This document shows, piece after piece, positions 39,354 through 48,325 of a DNA stretch of 64,000 bases. The stretch spans positions 960,001-1,024,000 of the forward strand of contig CAXXDN010000001.1 in NCBI GenBank assembly GCA_963667465.2. The letters are read 5' to 3'. The DNA comes from Dehalococcoidia bacterium. Its GTDB lineage: Bacteria > Chloroflexota > Dehalococcoidia > UBA2979. Under the pieces are notes generated by a model, which saw only the letters and a program-made list of their open reading frames with translations, was not told where the DNA came from and did no database searches. The translations under genes were made by a program, and so were the position numbers. How positions within the stretch are numbered: the first letter of the stretch is position 1; each line of letters begins with the position of its first letter.

Positions 39354-40649
39354 CTAGTCGGGGACCGTGCTGAAGGCCAGCGCTCCGGCGTTGATCGGCA
39401 GCACGCCGATCGTGACTGCGGTCTCGGCCTTGATCGCCACCTGGCGCTCGCCCGCACGACCCTGCAGTTGCTCCATCGGGTCGGTGATGAAGACGGTGCG
39501 CATGCGGCCGGTGCCCATGTTGCCGCCGCCCGAGTTGAGCGGGTTCGGCCCCTTGAGCGAGATGTCGTCCGCGTAGAAGTCGTGCGCGTCGCCACGCTTG
39601 ACGCCCCGCCAGCCGAAGGCCTCGAGGAAGTACTGCGTGAACACCGCGAAGCCGTCGTACGGCGCGAAGACGTCGATGTCCTCGGGCCGCAGTCCGGACC
39701 CCGCGTACGAGCGCTGCGCCTGGATGTCCGTCCACTCCTCGGTGTCGTCGAGGGTCTGGACCAGGCTACGCGGGGCGAACGCGCTCTCCGTGTGGTCCAG
39801 GACGTAGACCGGCTTCTGCTTCATGTCCTTCGCGCGCTCGGCGGTGGTGACTATGTAGGCGGCGCCCGCCTGCACCGGACGGTCACAGTCGAAGATGCTG
39901 AGGTTCTGCGCGATCCAGCGGCCGTTGAGGTAGTCCTCCTCGGTGAACGGCCCCGGCTCGTGCTGTGCGTAGTAGCTGTAGGGCCAGAGCCGGCCGTTGG
40001 CGTGCTCCTGCACCACGAACGGCGCCATGCGGTCGTGGTTGGTCCCGTACTTGCGGGCGTACTGCTCGAAGATGTAGCCCTGCAGGGACAGTCCCCAACC
40101 GTACGGGGAGGTCCACTGGGTCCGTCCCGGCGCGTCGAGGCTCGGGTTCTGGTGGTAGCGGCCCTCGATGTTCCCGTTCGGGTAGGTGACGAGGCAGACC
40201 TCGCAGCGTCCGTCGCCGACGACCTGGGCGGCGAGCCCGATCATGTTCCAGAGCGTCTCGCCGTGTGAGTTCACGTAGGTGGCGTTCTGGAGGCCCATCT
40301 GCCTCCGCACCCACTCGGCCGTCACGTAGGTGAGCCCGTCCTCGGAGTCGTACGGCGGGTCAAAGAAGTCCCGCAGCGGCCCCCACTGCGAGCCAAGGCT
40401 GATGTGCCAGGCCTGACCGCCCCCCGAGGAGACTATGCCGTCGACCTCGTCGGGGCTGATGCCCGCGTCGTCGATCGCGGCGCGGGCGGCCTCGACGACC
40501 TTCGCGCCCAGCGTCTTGTCCATGCTGACGCCGTCCCAGCGGCGGTCGGTTTGCGCCGAGTGACCCCGGCCGACGAGAGCGACCTTGCCGCGGTGCTCCC
40601 AGATGCTGACCGGATCCTCGTTGCGCTCCCAGTGAATCTCGTTTGCCAT
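39354..40649 (-). CDS. Thiolase-fold protein (SCP-x/Ltp2-like), copy A
   Basis: Start MANEIHW; same 5' flank gaagggcacgactcATG as copy C. Confidence 0.88.
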   Translation of the reverse strand: MANEIHWERNEDPVSIWEHRGKVALVGRGHSAQTDRRWDGVSMDKTLGAKVVEAARAAIDDAGISPDEVDGIVSSGGGQAWHISLGSQWGPLRDFFDPPYDSEDGLTYVTAEWVRRQMGLQNATYVNSHGETLWNMIGLAAQVVGDGRCEVCLVTYPNGNIEGRYHQNPSLDAPGRTQWTSPYGWGLSLQGYIFEQYARKYGTNHDRMAPFVVQEHANGRLWPYSYYAQHEPGPFTEEDYLNGRWIAQNLSIFDCDRPVQAGAAYIVTTAERAKDMKQKPVYVLDHTESAFAPRSLVQTLDDTEEWTDIQAQRSYAGSGLRPEDIDVFAPYDGFAVFTQYFLEAFGWRGVKRGDAHDFYADDISLKGPNPLNSGGGNMGTGRMRTVFITDPMEQLQGRAGERQVAIKAETAVTIGVLPINAGALAFSTVPD

Positions 40650-40709
40650 GAGTCGTGCCCTTCCCCAGGTCCCAGGTCTCAAGCCGAGTCGGTCGTCGCC
40701 GCGTGAGCG

Positions 40710-41126
40710 TCAGCTCTCCTCGACGACCCGCCACTCCGGGATCTTTTGATCGTCGGACACCGCGATGAAGTAGACCTCCACCTCCGCTCCGACGGGCACC
40801 TCGTTCACGGGCACGCCGGGAAGGTTCGAGAAGAAGTTGATCTTCGGGTCTTCCTCGAGCGAGATCACAGCGTTGTTGAAGGGCTGCTCCTCGTGCCAGG
40901 CCATGATCCGCGAGTCGTAGGTGACGGAGTAGCCGTTGATGACGCCGCGGCCGCTGGTCTCCATCCAGTCGAGGTGGAGGTGCCAGCCGCACTCGCGGCA
41001 CTCCGCCTCCGGCGGGAACTGCTTGCGGTCGCACATCGTGCAAACCTGGATGACCAGCCGCTCCTCGTTACAGGCGTCCCAGAACGGCTTGCTCAAGGCG
41101 TCGGCGATCGGAATCGGTCGTGGCAT
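40710..41126 (-). CDS. DUF35-type Zn-ribbon/OB-fold protein (ChsH2-like)
   Basis: PFWDAC..RL.IQ.CxxC...FPP...CxxC; adjacent to thiolases. Confidence 0.92.
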   Translation of the reverse strand: MPRPIPIADALSKPFWDACNEERLVIQVCTMCDRKQFPPEAECRECGWHLHLDWMETSGRGVINGYSVTYDSRIMAWHEEQPFNNAVISLEEDPKINFFSNLPGVPVNEVPVGAEVEVYFIAVSDDQKIPEWRVVEES

Positions 41127-41142
41127 ACGGGCCTCCCTGGTT

Positions 41143-41190
41143 CGCGTGTCGCGCTATCGCTACCGCGTATCGCGTATTGCGTATTGCGGC
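41143..41190. repeat. Degenerate heptamer tandem repeat (ygcgtat)
   Basis: cgcgtgt cgcgctat cgctac cgcgtat cgcgtat tgcgtat tgcggc. Confidence 0.6.
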
Positions 41191-41231
41191 GCGAGGGTAA
41201 CGCAGCACCGCAACCCGACGCTACACGCCGG

Positions 41232-41789
41232 CTACTCGCTGTACTCGCTCAAGTGGACGATCCGCGCCTCGTGACCGTCGCCGTCTGCCTCGAGGATGGC
41301 GACGGTGCCGAGCTGGCGACGCTGCCACGGCAGCATCGTGCTGCCGGGATTGACGAACAGGATGCCCTGGTGCCGCTCCACCATCGGGACGTGCGTGTCG
41401 CCGAAGACCACCGCCTCGACGCGCTCGCCGAAGAACCGCTCGAGGTAGTCGCCGAGCGGCTCATCCGCGCCGACCTGGCGCTCGATGATGCCCGGCACCA
41501 CCTCGAAGCCGTGGCCGATGATGATCAGTTCGTGCACCAGCCCGAGCGGACGTCCGCCGATGTCGAGCACGCGCTTGTAGCCCACGCGCGGGTCGCCGAC
41601 GCAGGGCGCCGGCGGCACCTCCACCGCGATCACCGGGGCGATCCGCTCCAGCCAGTCCAGGCACTCCGAGGTGTAGACGTCGCCGGCGTGCAGGATCAGG
41701 TCGACGCCCTCGAAGGCGCGTGCGACCTCGATCGGCGGGTGCTTGCCCATGGCCGGTGAGTGCGTGTCCGAGATCAGGCCTGCTCGCAC
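41232..41789 (-). CDS. YfcE-like metallophosphoesterase
   Basis: GTG after AGGAG; ISDTH, HAGD, GDTH, VNPGS; GNH motif replaced. Confidence 0.85.
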   Translation of the reverse strand: MRAGLISDTHSPAMGKHPPIEVARAFEGVDLILHAGDVYTSECLDWLERIAPVIAVEVPPAPCVGDPRVGYKRVLDIGGRPLGLVHELIIIGHGFEVVPGIIERQVGADEPLGDYLERFFGERVEAVVFGDTHVPMVERHQGILFVNPGSTMLPWQRRQLGTVAILEADGDGHEARIVHLSEYSE

Positions 41790-41973
41790 GGTGGCTCCTG
41801 TCGTTGCTGTACCCGCGCCCGCCGCCAGTGTGCCGGACCGCATCCCGACGCGCATCGGCTCCCGCAGGGCTGCGCGTAGAGGGTTGGGCGGGGAAGATTC
41901 GTGGGGCGACGGCCGGAAGGCGGCCGTCCCGGCTCCGGGCACGCCGCACTGACAGACGACGAGGACGAGACGG

Positions 41974-44900
41974 ATGAACGCAAGCCTCAAGTCAGTGATC
42001 GTCATCCTGGCCGCCGCGCTGCTGTCGGTTGCGCTGCTGGGCTGCACGTCCGAGCCCTCGCCCGAGCCGACTCCGGAACCCACGGCCGCGCCCTCGCCGG
42101 CGACGCCGACGCCGACCCCAACTCCAACGGCCACTCCTACCGCGACGCCGACGCCCACGCCAAGCGCGACGCCGACGGCCACGCCAAGCCCGACGCCGAC
42201 GGCCGCCCCCACCGCGACGCCTACGCCGGTGGTGTTCGAGCCCGGCGAGCCGCTGCCGCTCGATCCGGCGGTGGTCAGCGGCACGCTCGGTAACGGTCTG
42301 ACCTACTACGTCAGGCACAACGAGGAGCCGCGCGAGCGGCTGCAACTATCCCTCGCCGTCAAAGCCGGCTCCGTCCTCGAGGACGAGGAGCAGCGCGGAC
42401 TGGCCCACTTCGTGGAGCACATGGCGTTCAACGGCACGGAGCGCTTCGCGAAGCAGGAGATCGTCGACTACCTCGAGTCGATCGGTGGCTCCTTCGGCCC
42501 CGACCTGAACGCCTCGACCGGCTTCGACTCCACGATCTACTTCCTCGAGGTTCCGACCGACGATCCCGAGATTCTCGAGAACGCGTTCCGGATCCTCAGT
42601 GACTGGGCCTACGCCATCTCGTTCGAGCCCGAGGAGGTCGAGCTGGAACGCGGCGTGGTGCTGGAGGAGTGGCGCCTCTCGCAGGGGTTCTCCTCCCGCT
42701 TCCAGAACAACCTGATTCCGCTGCTCTTCGGCTCCTCGCGCTACGCGGAGCGGGCGCCGATCGGCCTGACCGAGGTCATCGAGGCGGCGTCTGCGGAGCA
42801 ACTGCGGGCCTACTACGAGCGCTGGTACCGCCCCGACCTGATGGCCGTCGTGGCCGTCGGTGACGTCGATCCCGGCCTGATCGAGGCCAAGATTCGGCAG
42901 TACTTCGCGCCGCCTCCCGAGGGCGAGGCGACCCAGCCTCGGGCTGCCGTCGCCGCGCCCACCACGCTGCCGAGCTACAGCGTGCCCGACAACGCCGAGC
43001 CAATCGTCGACGTCTTCACGGACCCCGAGGCGCCCGGTACCCAGGTGACCCTGGTTCGCAAGGTTGCTCCGGACACCGGGCAGGATGTCGAGGTATTCCA
43101 GCGCTTCGCCGTCCAGGAACTCGCCTTCATGATGCTGAACGCGCGGCTCTTCGAACGGGGCCAGACCCCCGATCCCCCGTACCTCTGGTCCGGGACGGGG
43201 CGCTCCTCGTTCGTCCAGCCCCTCGACATCCTGACCTTCACGATCGTCGTCGAGCCGACCGGGACCGAGCGTGGATTCGAGGCGCTGCTCGAAGAGCTCC
43301 AGCGTGCTGCCCGGCATGGGTTCACCGGCAGCGAGCTGGATCGCGAGAAGGCCAACCTGCTCAGCTCCGTGGAGAGCGCCTACAAGCAACGCGATCAGCA
43401 GCCCTCGGCGCGACTGGCCGCTGAGTACCGGGATCACTTCCTTTCGGGCTCGCCGGTTCCCGGCATCGAGGTCGAGTGGGAGCTGTTCCAGTCCGTGCTC
43501 CCGCAGATCTCGCTGACGGAAGTCGATGCCGTGGCGGCGTCGTGGACGGCGTCCGGGAACACCGTGCTCCTCGTCCTCGGTCCCGAGGCGATCGACCCAA
43601 CCGGCGGCGCTGCCCTGGCCGCGGTGTTGCAGGCCCAGCTCGATGGCGCCGGCGAACTGGCGGTGGAGGCGTACGCGGACACCGTCGGCGAAGCCCCGCT
43701 GCTCGCGACCATCCCGGCTTCGGGGAGCATCGTCGAGGAGGCGGAGCTCGAGGCGATCGATGCCGTGCGCTGGACACTGTCCAACGGCGTCACGGTGATC
43801 GCGAAGCAGACCGACTTCCGGGACGACGAGGTGCTCTTCACTTCCTTCAGTCCGGGAGGACACTCGCTCGTTGACGACGCCGACCACGTCTCGGCCGTCC
43901 ACGCCGCCGCGATCGCGTCCGGCAGCGGCGTTGGCGAGCACGACAGCGTCGCCCTCGACAAGCTGCTCGCCGGTACACGCGTCTCGGTGTCGCCCTTCAT
44001 CAACGGGCTGTTCGAGGGCCTGGGCGGCAGCGCCTCCCCCGAGGACCTCGAGACGATGTTCCAGCTCGTCTGGCTCTACGCGACCGCGCCACGGCTCGAT
44101 CCGACCTACTTCGCGACCTACGAGGCGAGCCTGCGCACCTCCGCGGAGACCAGCCCCACCCAGCCCGACGCGGTGCTGTACGACCGTGTGAACACCCTGC
44201 TGGCCCAGAAGCACCTCCGGCGCCGGCCGCTCAGCCTCGAGCTGGTCGAGGAACTCAGCCTCGAGCGCGCGGAGGCGGTGTACGCCGAGCGCTTCGCCGA
44301 CCTCGGCGACGCGACGTTCGTGTTCGTGGGCGCCTTCGACTGGGATGAGCTGCGATCGCTGACAGCCACCTACCTCGCCAGTCTCCCGTCCGGCGGGCGC
44401 AGCGAGGACTGGCGTGACGTGGGCATCGACCCGCCGCAGGGCGTGGTGGACGAAGTCGTCCGCAGCGGGATCGAGCCGCGGAGCAATACGATCTGGGTCT
44501 TCGCCGGCGAGGCGGAGTGGGCCGAGGGCGAGACGCTTGCGCTTGATGTGGCCGGCGAGATGCTCGGAACCCGCCTGCGCGAGCGGGTGCGGGAACAGCT
44601 CGGCGGCACCTACGCCATCTCCGTCAGCGCCGGCGCCAGCCTGATCCCGGACTCCGAGTATCAGGTCGCCATCATCTTCGGTAGTGACCCGGCCCGCGTC
44701 GACGAACTCCTCGGCGAGATCGCGGTCGAACTCGATTGGCTGCGCGCGGGCGGCGAGCAGGAGTACCTGGACTCGGTCAAGCAGCAGCTCCGCAGCTCTC
44801 GTGAGGAACGCCTGCGCGAGAACAGCTTCTGGCTCGGCCAGATCCGAAGTGCGGCGCAGCAAGGCCGGCCGCTCGATGACGTCAACCGCTTCGATGCACG

Positions 44901-45000
44901 GCTGGACGCGCTGACGCTGGAGGACATCGCGGCCGTGGCCGGCCGCTCCCTGCCCGAGGACCGCTACGTGCGCGTCGCCCTGTTCCCCGAGGAGAACTAG
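41974..45000 (+). CDS. M16 (insulinase/PqqL-like) zinc protease lipoprotein with Pro/Thr linker
   Basis: Lipobox LLGC; PTPT repeats at about 42050-42230; HFVEHMAFNGT, ERGVVLEEWR, second-half LSNG. Confidence 0.92.
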   Translation: MNASLKSVIVILAAALLSVALLGCTSEPSPEPTPEPTAAPSPATPTPTPTPTATPTATPTPTPSATPTATPSPTPTAAPTATPTPVVFEPGEPLPLDPAVVSGTLGNGLTYYVRHNEEPRERLQLSLAVKAGSVLEDEEQRGLAHFVEHMAFNGTERFAKQEIVDYLESIGGSFGPDLNASTGFDSTIYFLEVPTDDPEILENAFRILSDWAYAISFEPEEVELERGVVLEEWRLSQGFSSRFQNNLIPLLFGSSRYAERAPIGLTEVIEAASAEQLRAYYERWYRPDLMAVVAVGDVDPGLIEAKIRQYFAPPPEGEATQPRAAVAAPTTLPSYSVPDNAEPIVDVFTDPEAPGTQVTLVRKVAPDTGQDVEVFQRFAVQELAFMMLNARLFERGQTPDPPYLWSGTGRSSFVQPLDILTFTIVVEPTGTERGFEALLEELQRAARHGFTGSELDREKANLLSSVESAYKQRDQQPSARLAAEYRDHFLSGSPVPGIEVEWELFQSVLPQISLTEVDAVAASWTASGNTVLLVLGPEAIDPTGGAALAAVLQAQLDGAGELAVEAYADTVGEAPLLATIPASGSIVEEAELEAIDAVRWTLSNGVTVIAKQTDFRDDEVLFTSFSPGGHSLVDDADHVSAVHAAAIASGSGVGEHDSVALDKLLAGTRVSVSPFINGLFEGLGGSASPEDLETMFQLVWLYATAPRLDPTYFATYEASLRTSAETSPTQPDAVLYDRVNTLLAQKHLRRRPLSLELVEELSLERAEAVYAERFADLGDATFVFVGAFDWDELRSLTATYLASLPSGGRSEDWRDVGIDPPQGVVDEVVRSGIEPRSNTIWVFAGEAEWAEGETLALDVAGEMLGTRLRERVREQLGGTYAISVSAGASLIPDSEYQVAIIFGSDPARVDELLGEIAVELDWLRAGGEQEYLDSVKQQLRSSREERLRENSFWLGQIRSAAQQGRPLDDVNRFDARLDALTLEDIAAVAGRSLPEDRYVRVALFPEEN

Positions 45001-45052
45001 TCGCCGGGATTCAGATCTCGTCTGGCCGGGGTCAGCACGTGGCCTGTCCGCT

Positions 45053-45337
45053 TTCGACCCGACCGACGCGGAACACGGCTTCATCCACTCGGCCTGGAAG
45101 CGCGACGGAGCAGGTGAAGCGCACGGCGGCGATCTGCCCAATATCTACGCAGCCGCTGACGGATCCGCCCGCGCCGACTTCTTCACCGTTGGGATCACGC
45201 TGGACGCGGGGCCGCAACATTCCGTATTCGACTCTGACGGCTCCGCCAGCATCGTGCACGAACGGCCGGACTCCTATGGACAGTACGAGTCGGACACCGG
45301 CGCGCGCGTAGCCTGCGGCGTCAGCAGGCGCTCATAG
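45053..45337 (+). pseudogene. sodC: 5'-truncated Cu/Zn superoxide dismutase remnant
   Basis: Manual translation FDPTDAEHGF...HGGDLPNIYAAADG...SVFDSDGSASIVHERPD...TGARVACGV; no start codon and no N-terminal HxH. Confidence 0.8.
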
Positions 45338-45431
45338 ACTTCGCTGCGCCTCCGGGCAGAGACACTTGCCACATCGCGGCCGGAGGCGAGCCGCCGGTCG
45401 GCCGTGTCAACAACGTCCCGGGACACGACAG

Positions 45432-46370
45432 CTAGCCGACCGGGGGTAGCCCTTCGAGGCGTCGCACGTCGTTGAGGGTCTCCATGACGCGCTGCCGGAA
45501 CGGCGCGTACTGGACCTCGAACTCCTCGACAAGGCGCGAGTTGTCCATCAGGAAGAGACTCGAGAGCTCGTATCCGCCTTCGTCCTCCCCGAACGTGATC
45601 TCGGCAGCGGGCAGAAACTCGCGCACGAGGTCGGCGAGCTCGCCGAGGTTCATCGAGTTCCCGCCCGAGTTGTAGATCGAGTGGGCCGTCTCCTCGGCAA
45701 GCGTGACGCGCAGGAGCACCTCGGCGATGTCCTCGACGTGGAGGGGCAGCGTCATCATGTCGCGGTAGGGGAAATGGATGGGCTCGTTGCGGGCGGGGAG
45801 CACCTGGCACTGCACGTGGTTCAGCGAGCCGCGGACCTTGTCGGGCCCGGTGATGTTCGCTGGGCGCACGCCGGTGATCGCCATGTCGTAGGCGCGGTTG
45901 TACCAGTCCGCCTGGTGCTCGTTGAAGATCTTGGAGACCGCGTAGAGGCTCGTGCCGAGCCGGGCTTCCTCCTCCGTCACCAGGTGCTCGCCGTGCAGCC
46001 GCTGCGGACCGTAGACGGCGAGCGAGCTCGCGTAGACCACCCGGCGAATCCCGAGAATGCGAGCCGCCTCGAAGCAGTTGTCCATCCCGAGGACGTTGAG
46101 CCGCACCTGCGGGTGCGGGTCGTCCTCGGTCTGGCCCAGGGTGTAGGCGAGGTTGAGCACGCGGTCGGGCTTGCTCGATACGAGCGCCTCGATCACGTCG
46201 TCCATGAGGGTGATGTCGCCGTGCGTGATCCGGACCCGGTCGCGAAGCGGGTCGAGCGCCGGCGCGTTCGGCGAGATGTCCATGCAATGGACCTCGTGCC
46301 CGTGCTCGACCAGCTTGCGCAGCACCCGCGTCCCGATGAAGCCGCTCCCGCCAAGTACCGCAACGCGCAT
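45432..46370 (-). CDS. NAD-dependent epimerase/dehydratase
   Basis: GGSGFIG, YASS, YAVSK. Confidence 0.9.
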   Translation of the reverse strand: MRVAVLGGSGFIGTRVLRKLVEHGHEVHCMDISPNAPALDPLRDRVRITHGDITLMDDVIEALVSSKPDRVLNLAYTLGQTEDDPHPQVRLNVLGMDNCFEAARILGIRRVVYASSLAVYGPQRLHGEHLVTEEEARLGTSLYAVSKIFNEHQADWYNRAYDMAITGVRPANITGPDKVRGSLNHVQCQVLPARNEPIHFPYRDMMTLPLHVEDIAEVLLRVTLAEETAHSIYNSGGNSMNLGELADLVREFLPAAEITFGEDEGGYELSSLFLMDNSRLVEEFEVQYAPFRQRVMETLNDVRRLEGLPPVG

Positions 46371-46423
46371 CCCGCACCAACCTTCCCTCGCCCCGCGCCA
46401 ATGTAGCGTGAGCGGAGCGATCT

Positions 46424-46606
46424 ATCGATTCGACGCGAGTGGCGGCGGGGGTCGCGCTCGCGGTCGCGCTCGCCGAGGGTCGGCCGCTGGAGCGCGCGGT
46501 CCGCTTCGCCGCCGCCGCCGGCGCGCTCGTCGTTACGAGGCGTGGAGCGCAGGACGCGATGCCCGAGCGCAACGAGGTGGAGCTGCTGCTCGCTTCACAG
46601 CAGTGA
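46424..46606 (+). pseudogene. C-terminal remnant of ribokinase (PfkB family)
   Basis: IDSTRVAAGVALAVALAEGRPLERAVRFAAAAGALVVTRRGAQDAMP; degraded DTTAAGD motif. Confidence 0.72.
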
Positions 46607-46836
46607 CGGGTGCGCCGGGTCGGACGCCCTCGGTCCTCGCACGCCGGACCTCTTCGCGCTGCTCGACGAGTTCGGCATTCTCGGGATGGCTTGCCACGCT
46701 CCAGGCCTGCGTGGATTTCCGCCTTCTGTTGGAGCAGCTCACGGCCGTCGCCGCGGGGCTGGCGCCTGCCTCGGGTTACAGCCAGTGACGCAGGCGCTCG
46801 TGCGCTAGCGGCTGAGCCGCGCGCGGTCGGCGGCGC

Positions 46837-48210
46837 TCAGTCCGCGGCAATCTCCTCGCGCAGCTCCGCGGCCACGCGCAGCGCCCGCGCCGCCTGTTCC
46901 GAGGCCTGGCTCGCGCTGTCGCCGGTGTAGCGCACGGGGTCCAGCAGCTCCGCGAGGCGCTCCGCGCTGAGGCGTGCCGCGACCTCCTCGTCCTTCGCGA
47001 GCAGCGAGGCAAACGACTCCCCGCTGCTGGCAGCCTCCTGCGCGGCCTCGTAGATCGCGTCGTGCGCGCGCTGCCGCCCGATCTCGCGCCCCAGCTCGAG
47101 CATCAGGCTCTCCGCCATGATCAGCCCGCCCGAGAGCGCGAGGTTCTCCCGCATCCGCTCCGGGAAGACGCGCAGCCCCTCGGCCACGTCGAGCAGCCGC
47201 ACGAGGATGTCGCCGCTCAGCTCAACCGCCTGCCGCAGCGCGCGGTCGATCATCATCGAGCGGCTGCCGTCGGCCTCGTGGTCCCCCAGCATCGCCTCGA
47301 GGGCGAGCGGGACCAACGAGCGCAGGTGTGTCTCGTCCGCGATGATGTCCTGGCAGAGCTTCGGGTTGCGCTTCTGCGGCATCGTGCTGCTGCCCACCGT
47401 GCCGGGCGGCACGGGCTCCTCGACCTCGCCGAACTCCTCCGCCATCAGCTTGCGCACCTCGCGCGCGGCCTTTCCGCAGCTCGTACCGAGCAGCGCGAGG
47501 GCGAGGACGTACTCCGTCAGATGGTCGTAGATCGTGCGGCCGGGCAGCGGCATCGAGCCGAGCCCGAGCAGCTCGCCCATCCGCTGCTGCAGCGTAGCGG
47601 CGTGGCCCTCGAAGGAGGCGGCCGTGCCGGCGCCGCCGCCGAGCATCGCGACGAAGGCGCGCGGCTCCAGCTGCCGCAGCCGCTCCGCGTGGCGGCACAG
47701 CTCGTCGATCCACACCGCGACCTTCGCCCCGAAGGTCGCGGGCACCGCGTGCTGCCCGTGCGTACGCCCCGCGATCACGTCGTCCTTCGTGCGCTCCGCG
47801 AGGCCGGCAAACGCCTCGAGCAGGTCCGCAAGCTCCGTGAGGATGATGCGGTGCGCCTTTCGCGTCTGCAGGATGCTGCCCGTCTGCCTGATGTTCTGCG
47901 TGGTCGCGCCCCAGTGGACGTAGCCGCCCGCAGCGCCCTCGCAGAGCCGGTCCAGCTCCCAGACCAGCGGCACGAGGCCGTGCCCGGTGACGCGCAGCCC
48001 CTCGGTGACGCGCTCGAGGTCGAACAGCTCGAGCCGCGCCTTGCGCGCGATCTCCGTTGCGGCCGCCTCGGGAATCATCCCGATCTCCGCCTGTGCGCGG
48101 GCCAGCGCTACCTCGACGTCGAGCCACGCCTGCCAGCGCGCCTCCTGCGTGTACAGCGCCCTGATGCCCGGTTCGCGGACGCGCAGCGCGGTCGGTCGTT
48201 CTCCGCTCAT
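46837..48210 (-). CDS. Adenylosuccinate lyase / PcaB family (fumarase superfamily) lyase
   Basis: HWGATTQNI, GRTHGQHA, GSSTMPQKRNP. Confidence 0.9.
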   Translation of the reverse strand: MSGERPTALRVREPGIRALYTQEARWQAWLDVEVALARAQAEIGMIPEAAATEIARKARLELFDLERVTEGLRVTGHGLVPLVWELDRLCEGAAGGYVHWGATTQNIRQTGSILQTRKAHRIILTELADLLEAFAGLAERTKDDVIAGRTHGQHAVPATFGAKVAVWIDELCRHAERLRQLEPRAFVAMLGGGAGTAASFEGHAATLQQRMGELLGLGSMPLPGRTIYDHLTEYVLALALLGTSCGKAAREVRKLMAEEFGEVEEPVPPGTVGSSTMPQKRNPKLCQDIIADETHLRSLVPLALEAMLGDHEADGSRSMMIDRALRQAVELSGDILVRLLDVAEGLRVFPERMRENLALSGGLIMAESLMLELGREIGRQRAHDAIYEAAQEAASSGESFASLLAKDEEVAARLSAERLAELLDPVRYTGDSASQASEQAARALRVAAELREEIAAD

Positions 48211-48325
48211 CGTGTGCTCCTCGGCGCGCGCCGATGCTACGCGATCGGCGCCGCGACGAGCCCGCCAGGCGCTACGCTGCGCGCGACGCCGGCCTCGCGA
48301 GGGCCGGCGCCCGGACGGAGACGCG

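Noticed and set aside
36519-40649. Thiolase repeats as a diversity-generating retroelement
   Set aside because: There is no reverse transcriptase, the copies are full-length genes, and the differences do not look adenine-specific.
42050-42230. Repetitive DNA as a possible CRISPR or VNTR
   Set aside because: It encodes the Pro/Thr linker of the M16 lipoprotein and has no repeat-spacer structure.
42346-45141. 931-aa antisense ORF and similar long ORFs (4293-6881, 7055-9334, 57708-60674)
   Set aside because: These are antisense shadows of motif-supported genes, expected at high GC.
46610-46810. Possible further gene fragment (PDLFALLDEFGIL)
   Set aside because: No recognisable family and no credible start.
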